Under the pieces are notes generated by a model, which saw nothing but the letters and a program-made list of their open reading frames with translations, was not told the origin of the DNA and did not search any database. The position numbers were made by a program, and so were the translations under genes. From assembly GCA_030867685.1 (NCBI GenBank), contig JAQOWU010000008.1:3968001-4032000 (forward strand): a stretch of DNA of 64,000 nucleotides. Direction: 5' to 3'. This document shows, piece by piece, positions 58,551-64,000 of this stretch (position 1 is its first letter; the number at the start of each line of letters is the position of its first letter). The stretch is from Wickerhamiella versatilis (Eukaryota).

Positions 58551-60884
58551 ATGCGAATGAATGATATTCGCATGGAGCAACGGACCCCTGACAGCTCTAA
58601 GAGAAAGAAAGAGCTAATTTACACACCAATTGAACTTTTAACTCCGCCGAAAAAAAAAGGACACTACCTCCAAGAAATAGATTCATTGGGCCTACCTGAT
58701 ATTGTACCAAGGCTCACACCACCATCGCCACTTGCGAAACCAACCATTCTGAGGCACTCTGCCCCCGTACGCTACTCGTCAGGATCCGACCGACGTGGGT
58801 TAGGATCTTCCAAGTTCCCTTTACCTACACATTTACCTAATCAAAACAACACGCGGGCGACTGCTACTCAGTCAAGGAAGTCGCGTCGTGACATGATAGA
58901 GGATCCATTTGGCCGGCCACGCGTTAAGCTGAGGCGTTCGGAAGGCCTACTTAATTTGGAGGAACACTCCAAAGGACCGTCTCTCAAGCGACCGTTACCG
59001 CTAGAGACGTGTGCACAACCCACGACAAACTTTTTGGCAAGATGTGCAGTATCACCCTCACGGACGTCACCGACCACTTTTGCATCTCAGGCTAAACGTC
59101 TTCATCTGCCGGACGTGTCAAGCGGCACAGAAAATGCGATAATCACACCTGACAATAGTTTTCGTACAGCGAAGCCACTACAAACGGCATTTGTTGGCAG
59201 TGGACTTATATCCAAGCGACATAGACCGGTGACACAAGGGGCTGAACCGCCAGAGACTCCATGCAAACGACCTTTGTCAACGCCCATGGCGGCTCCTCCG
59301 AGATTACCATCTGTATTAGCACCACCCACATCGAATACATCGGGCTCGGACCGTCTACCCGGAACTTGGTCGGGCTCGTTACAAAATTCAATGGAGCGGA
59401 TCTCGTTGAATCAGAGCATCCTATCGGATTCTTCGAGCCCTGGGACACCGACCCGTCAAGAGGCCTTCCAGACGTCTACTCCCTTCCCTTCAGCTAAAGC
59501 TGCTACTCGACAGATAAGTACCGCATCAACTGTAACACCGGGAACAGTACGCCACCGCCCTCCATTATTTGTGAATGGGCTGGACCCAATGGAATCTGAT
59601 GATCATGACGATGAGCTTGGAAGTCCCCGAACACCAGATGCGTCCCGTTTGAATACCTATTCAGGAAATCTAGGCATTCATTTGGTAGGATCGAGCTCGA
59701 TGGACTCGGGCACGTCTGTATCTCCTCAAGCCAGTCCACGGGCCCACAGACTCAGGCATAGTGGCCCAATTTCTGAAATGTCGGCTAACATAGCTGCTAA
59801 GCGAAAACTGGCAACCTTAGAGAGCCCCCGAAATGATAGCATGACCAATGAAATACCCCAAACCCCTGGGCACTGTCGCACTGCACCCGAGCTGGATCTC
59901 ACACTGGCGCAGAAGTTTGACAGTACCCAGGAATTGGGGAGCGGAGAATTCAGCGCTGTATTTGTAGTTAAGAGTGGCAAAGAGCGGTTTGCTGTAAAAC
60001 GCTCTAGAAGAATGGGCACCATAACACAAAAACGCTTCGAGGAGGAAGTTTCAATTTTGCGGGAGCTATCTAACTCGCCTCTTTGGCAAACTGAAGAGGG
60101 TAGCGAGTATGTGTTGCACTTGGCTGATGCATGGAAAGATCCCTCCACTGGTATGGGCTACATAATGACAGAATTTTGCGAAAATGGAGATTTGGATAGG
60201 TTTCTCACGGAATGTGGAAGCGTGTCTAGGCTTGAGGAATGGCGCGTCTGGAAAATCATGGTGGAACTTGCATTGGGTCTACGTTACATACACGCACTAA
60301 ATTTGTTGCATTTGGACTTAAAGCCAGCAAATGTGCTTATTACATTCGAAGGACAACTTAAGATTGGCGACTTTGGCATGGCAACCCGCTGGCCTGTCGC
60401 TAAAGACATTGAAAGGGAGGGCGACCGTGAGTATATCGCACCGGAGATACTGAGTATGGGTGATTACGGAAAACCAGCAGATATGTTCTCCCTGGGAATC
60501 ATGATGGTTGAAATAGCGGCTAATATTGTTCCTCCTGATAATGGAGTGTATTGGCAGAAACTTCGCTCCGGAGACTTGTCGGATGCCGGACAGCTGAGTT
60601 CGGGAGACTTGGCGGCTGACAACAATACTCGAGAAGGGCATCATGGTCCTCCAAAATGGGCACCATTTTTTATGATTAATGATTCGCAGTCACTCGACAA
60701 AATTGTCGAACAGCTTTTGAATCCGATTCCGTCACGACGGCTGACTGCTGATGAACTTTTATCCACTCCTGAAGCTGAATTGGTAAACAATCGTCGCCAA
60801 GCTGGCGCTATTGTTTATGAAGGTGCCTGGGGACCAGAACCTTTGATGCTGGACGACCCCGAAATGCATATTTGGCGCAGATAA
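58551..60884 (+). CDS. SWE1: Wee1-family Cdk-inhibitory kinase Swe1
   Basis: S/TP-rich N-terminus with KPLQTAFVGSGLISKR and PETPCKR. Kinase domain LGSGEFS, HLDLKPANV, KIGDFG and EREGDREYIAPE. Start uncertain (ATG 58389, 58551 or 58572). Confidence 0.92.
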   Translation: MRMNDIRMEQRTPDSSKRKKELIYTPIELLTPPKKKGHYLQEIDSLGLPDIVPRLTPPSPLAKPTILRHSAPVRYSSGSDRRGLGSSKFPLPTHLPNQNNTRATATQSRKSRRDMIEDPFGRPRVKLRRSEGLLNLEEHSKGPSLKRPLPLETCAQPTTNFLARCAVSPSRTSPTTFASQAKRLHLPDVSSGTENAIITPDNSFRTAKPLQTAFVGSGLISKRHRPVTQGAEPPETPCKRPLSTPMAAPPRLPSVLAPPTSNTSGSDRLPGTWSGSLQNSMERISLNQSILSDSSSPGTPTRQEAFQTSTPFPSAKAATRQISTASTVTPGTVRHRPPLFVNGLDPMESDDHDDELGSPRTPDASRLNTYSGNLGIHLVGSSSMDSGTSVSPQASPRAHRLRHSGPISEMSANIAAKRKLATLESPRNDSMTNEIPQTPGHCRTAPELDLTLAQKFDSTQELGSGEFSAVFVVKSGKERFAVKRSRRMGTITQKRFEEEVSILRELSNSPLWQTEEGSEYVLHLADAWKDPSTGMGYIMTEFCENGDLDRFLTECGSVSRLEEWRVWKIMVELALGLRYIHALNLLHLDLKPANVLITFEGQLKIGDFGMATRWPVAKDIEREGDREYIAPEILSMGDYGKPADMFSLGIMMVEIAANIVPPDNGVYWQKLRSGDLSDAGQLSSGDLAADNNTREGHHGPPKWAPFFMINDSQSLDKIVEQLLNPIPSRRLTADELLSTPEAELVNNRRQAGAIVYEGAWGPEPLMLDDPEMHIWRR

Positions 60885-61654
60885 ATATACCCAATACTTA
60901 CTTGTAACGATTTCGATAAACGATCAAACTATTAGATACCCATTACTTATATATATATATTATGATACGTAATTTCCCCACGTAATTTGACTTGAATCAT
61001 CTCACGGCCAGCTTCATTCGGTTGTTTTAATCTTGTAATTTTGGCCAGAAAAAAAGAGACTTGGGTCAACAGAATAAATGGATATTAATTTGGGGTGAAT
61101 AAAATTGCAGCTCAGGCCACCTCGGGAAAATTAGCGACCACCAGACCAACTGGTCTGAATGCTCTAGAGGCTGAAGTAAAGGTCCTCAGAATTTATAATT
61201 AAGGACTATCTTCATATATATATACAATCTATCTAGCCGTTTTGAGACATGACATCCTTAAAGTTTCTCTCATATTCACTCAGCTTTGTCCTACGACACC
61301 CATGTGTGATTCTATGTAGCGCGGATAACGCAGCCGTGCTAGTGCTCATGACTTAGGTTTATAGAAGCATAAGTTTTTTTTTCATCACACCTTTCTAAGT
61401 AGATAGTGGCGGATTCCCTATCAGTTCAGCGTTGACCTACGTAAGCCTAGAGAATTACCACATTTGTATACATATAGGTAGAAATATATAAATTACATAC
61501 CAAGCTTTCATAGTTGTCTTCAAACGACGAAGTTTGGCCCCCGGACTCATATGATGAGACGTCGAGAGACCTTGATCAACCAGCGCATAGTAAACCCTAC
61601 CCTATTACCGTATGCAGTAAGGATTCCCCATGTAGGATCCCCAAGCTAGCTTGA

Positions 61655-61676
61655 CAATGCTCAATGCTCAATGCTC
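61655..61676. repeat. (CAATGCT)3 short tandem repeat
   Basis: caatgctcaatgctcaatgctc in the region upstream of SYP1. Confidence 0.85.
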
Positions 61677-61805
61677 AGGTATATTATATTTGCAACAACA
61701 ACTATATTGTGAAATGATTTTATAATTTCGTTTCAATCGTTCATTACGGTTTAAGCAATCAGTCAAACACTGCCAGCACCGGCGCGCTTTGTCATTCAGC
61801 GGCGA

Positions 61806-64000
61806 ATGGACTACTCGAACGTGCTGTTAAACCAGTCCCCAGGGCGGGCAACTGAGCTATTGCGAGCACGTATGCAGGCAGCTCGCCATGTTGATGAACG
61901 TCTAGCTGACTGGATTGCTGATTACAGCGCTCTTGTCTCTAAGCATGCTTCAGAGCTCGAACGGCACCTCTCCAGACGGGTCTTACCGGAGCAAGAGCTT
62001 GGAACTTTGGCTTCGCCTTGGCAGAGCGTGGCAAACATCCTTGTTGAGCAAATCCGAGCTGAAAACGTTCTTAGCAAGCGTGTAAAAAGTGAAGCTGAGG
62101 GTCCTATACGGGAAGCACTCAATTTCGCTCAAGCTGACAATTACCTTGAGCGTCTTGAGGAAATTGATGGCCCTAGTTTTTCGGAGCAGGCACCCTCAAT
62201 AATAAACCGTATTCAAAAGCTGGATGAAAATCGGCTTAACTCTCTTAAAGACTCGCTAACTCGTTTGACGACTGTGGAGGTCGATTCAAAGCAGGCTGTA
62301 ATAAAAGCAAGTGAACAAGCAATGGAAGCAATGATATCATTCGAACCAAGCGACGATGTCCAGTCGTACGTAGCCCAAATTGTTTCAGGTATCGCTCCTG
62401 TTACTGCCCCGAGTAAGCAGCAACAGCGGCAGCACCACGAACAAAACCACGGGCTACACCTTCCCGGTCCTCTTGGTGGTGGCTCTCGTAAGGCTAGTCG
62501 GTCTTCCACTATTAGGGATGACGGATCTAGCCACACCTCAGAGAAAAAGAAAGGTGCCAGTGGCATTCGTGCACGAGTAGGGACTTTATTCGGACGACGC
62601 AAAACAAAGCACCAAAGTGTCGATATAGACAATGCTTCGTCACGGGCAAGTCGTGAATCAACTCCTTTGCCTGGTTCGGGCCAGCAGAGGCGTATTGTCA
62701 CAAACCCTCCAGATTTCGGGTTGAGATCACCGTCACCACTTCGTGAGCCTCAAAGATCGCCTACGGAAGGGTTAGACCATTCAAAAGCGAAGCCTGCACC
62801 ACCTCCTGCTCGTCATCCAGCCAATACTCATCCGGCTGTCTCTCATCCTACCTCGTTTGATGCCCCAGCATTGAAACCGACCCCAGCTCAGGCTAAGCCC
62901 ACAGAGGACCTGCCTTCCAGTCAGGCTGTCAAATCCACCAGCGAAGGAGCCCCACCCACCTCTGTTCCCTATCAGACACCAAGCAACGCAGACCGCTCAG
63001 GACCTGCACCGCCTCAGGCTGCTCCTCAGGTTACTCCTCAGGCTGCTCCTCAGGCTGTTCCTCAGGCTGTTCCTCAGGTTGCTCCTCAGATTACTCCTCA
63101 GGCTGCTCCTCAGGCTGCTCCACAGGTTGCGCCTCAGGTTAAGTCTCAAGTACCAAAACGTACCGAATCATTCGGGACAGCCCCGTATGATACTGCACCT
63201 CAGGGCCCGAGTTCTAGGGACGCAACCAGGGGATCTATCTCGGGAGTTTCTTCTCAGGCATCCAACCAGACCGGACCTTTTAGCGGGGTACCATCCTCCC
63301 AGCCCGCGGCTACTGCTCCTCGGGTAGGCTCACCTGGCCCTCCAGCGTTCTCTCCGAGGCAAAGTGATTTGTCTCAGCCATTGGACTCTACTTATCAGCA
63401 AAAAGCCTATGATCTAGGCTCTGATCCGTTCATTAGGCCTCAAAATGAAACTTTGCCACCGATACTCGGCCGGGAAACTCAGCCGCTGTCTCCTGGAGGG
63501 AATACTCCTATAAGTCCCCTCAATAAAGCAAATAACCAACATCCTGGTGGAAACACGGGCTATTTTGATCAAGCCTCTATTCAGCAGCAAACTGAAGAAG
63601 AGGAGCGCGTGGATTCTCTAGGAGCATGGGCACCCCGATCAGGTTCTCGAGCCGCGGATGCGGGAGCAGCCTCAAATAGATCTCAACGTGTACAATCAGC
63701 ACTTTTTACGAACGTTCAACCCGCTTCAGTTGAGCCAGCAACACCTGATAAACATTCCGGGGAAGAATTTTATACTCCAGCACAACACTTTACGCCACAG
63801 TTCCAGCCAATAGAGGCGCAGATCACTGGCACGGAAGACCCAGCGGCTTCTCAAGCACCACAGCTTCCTGATGGTGATGGATTGGTTCTTTCTGGATTGG
63901 AAAAGGTATCGGCCCGTTTTGTCAGTGGGCATCTTACCTATTCTCAAGTTAATGCGACTGTCTATGGTGGTGTGAAGGGTAAAACTGCATCAGGACCAAA
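61806..64000 (+). CDS. SYP1: Muniscin Syp1 (F-BAR domain, Pro-rich linker, start of mu-homology domain); 3' end outside window (partial)
   Basis: Absent from the ORF track, presumably because no stop occurs before the window end. Translates MDYSNVLLNQSPGRATELLRARM..., IQKLDENRLNSLKDSLT, RVQSALF and GLVLSGLEKVSARFVSG. Confidence 0.8.
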   Translation, partial: MDYSNVLLNQSPGRATELLRARMQAARHVDERLADWIADYSALVSKHASELERHLSRRVLPEQELGTLASPWQSVANILVEQIRAENVLSKRVKSEAEGPIREALNFAQADNYLERLEEIDGPSFSEQAPSIINRIQKLDENRLNSLKDSLTRLTTVEVDSKQAVIKASEQAMEAMISFEPSDDVQSYVAQIVSGIAPVTAPSKQQQRQHHEQNHGLHLPGPLGGGSRKASRSSTIRDDGSSHTSEKKKGASGIRARVGTLFGRRKTKHQSVDIDNASSRASRESTPLPGSGQQRRIVTNPPDFGLRSPSPLREPQRSPTEGLDHSKAKPAPPPARHPANTHPAVSHPTSFDAPALKPTPAQAKPTEDLPSSQAVKSTSEGAPPTSVPYQTPSNADRSGPAPPQAAPQVTPQAAPQAVPQAVPQVAPQITPQAAPQAAPQVAPQVKSQVPKRTESFGTAPYDTAPQGPSSRDATRGSISGVSSQASNQTGPFSGVPSSQPAATAPRVGSPGPPAFSPRQSDLSQPLDSTYQQKAYDLGSDPFIRPQNETLPPILGRETQPLSPGGNTPISPLNKANNQHPGGNTGYFDQASIQQQTEEEERVDSLGAWAPRSGSRAADAGAASNRSQRVQSALFTNVQPASVEPATPDKHSGEEFYTPAQHFTPQFQPIEAQITGTEDPAASQAPQLPDGDGLVLSGLEKVSARFVSGHLTYSQVNATVYGGVKGKTASGP
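63012..63143 (+). repeat. 12-bp coding tandem repeat (CCTCAG-xxx-xxx) x11 encoding (PQxx)11
   Basis: PQAA PQVT PQAA PQAV PQAV PQVA PQIT PQAA PQAA PQVA PQVK in the Syp1 linker. Confidence 0.93.

Overview
This is eukaryotic nuclear DNA from an ascomycetous yeast. About 40 apparently intronless protein-coding genes are packed very tightly, often 4-100 bp apart, and the first and last genes are cut by the window edges. Nearly all are recognisable housekeeping genes: RTC1/SEA2, SLD5, a dynein intermediate chain, a Rad21/Mcd1-type kleisin, YME1, DST1, PET112, MGS1, YPD1, RIB7, PRE7, ERD2, MFAP1/SPP381, GIM4, WBP1, INP52/53, a membrane-anchored GH5 exo-glucanase, NUP188, TRP1, IPP1, PIM1, UGA2, RAD57, MCM2, MAF1, PPH3, the complex I TYKY subunit, YDJ1, GLE2, a PRY/CAP protein, DRS2, RPL43, SWE1 and SYP1. 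CTG encodes a conserved Leu in the MCM2 Walker A region, complex I is present, introns are absent and the region is highly compact. These features suggest, by inference only, a streamlined yeast outside Saccharomyces and the CTG-Ser clade, such as Wickerhamiella/Starmerella. I found no tRNA, rRNA, transposon, CRISPR array or clearly bacterial gene, and no clear-cut novel multi-gene system. The best leads are: (1) nested in-frame start codons on IPP1 that expose a consensus PTS2 peroxisomal signal; (2) recurrent cis-motifs within about 5-40 bp of start codons or inside neighbouring coding sequence; (3) apparent loss of conserved histone-binding tyrosines in Mcm2; (4) a hairpin pairing two TRP1 start codons around a Trp codon; (5) a 21-bp-phased triple repeat upstream of a transporter; (6) a 10-Cys module in the GH5 glucanase. 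All protein identities come from recognising motifs by eye, not from database searches.
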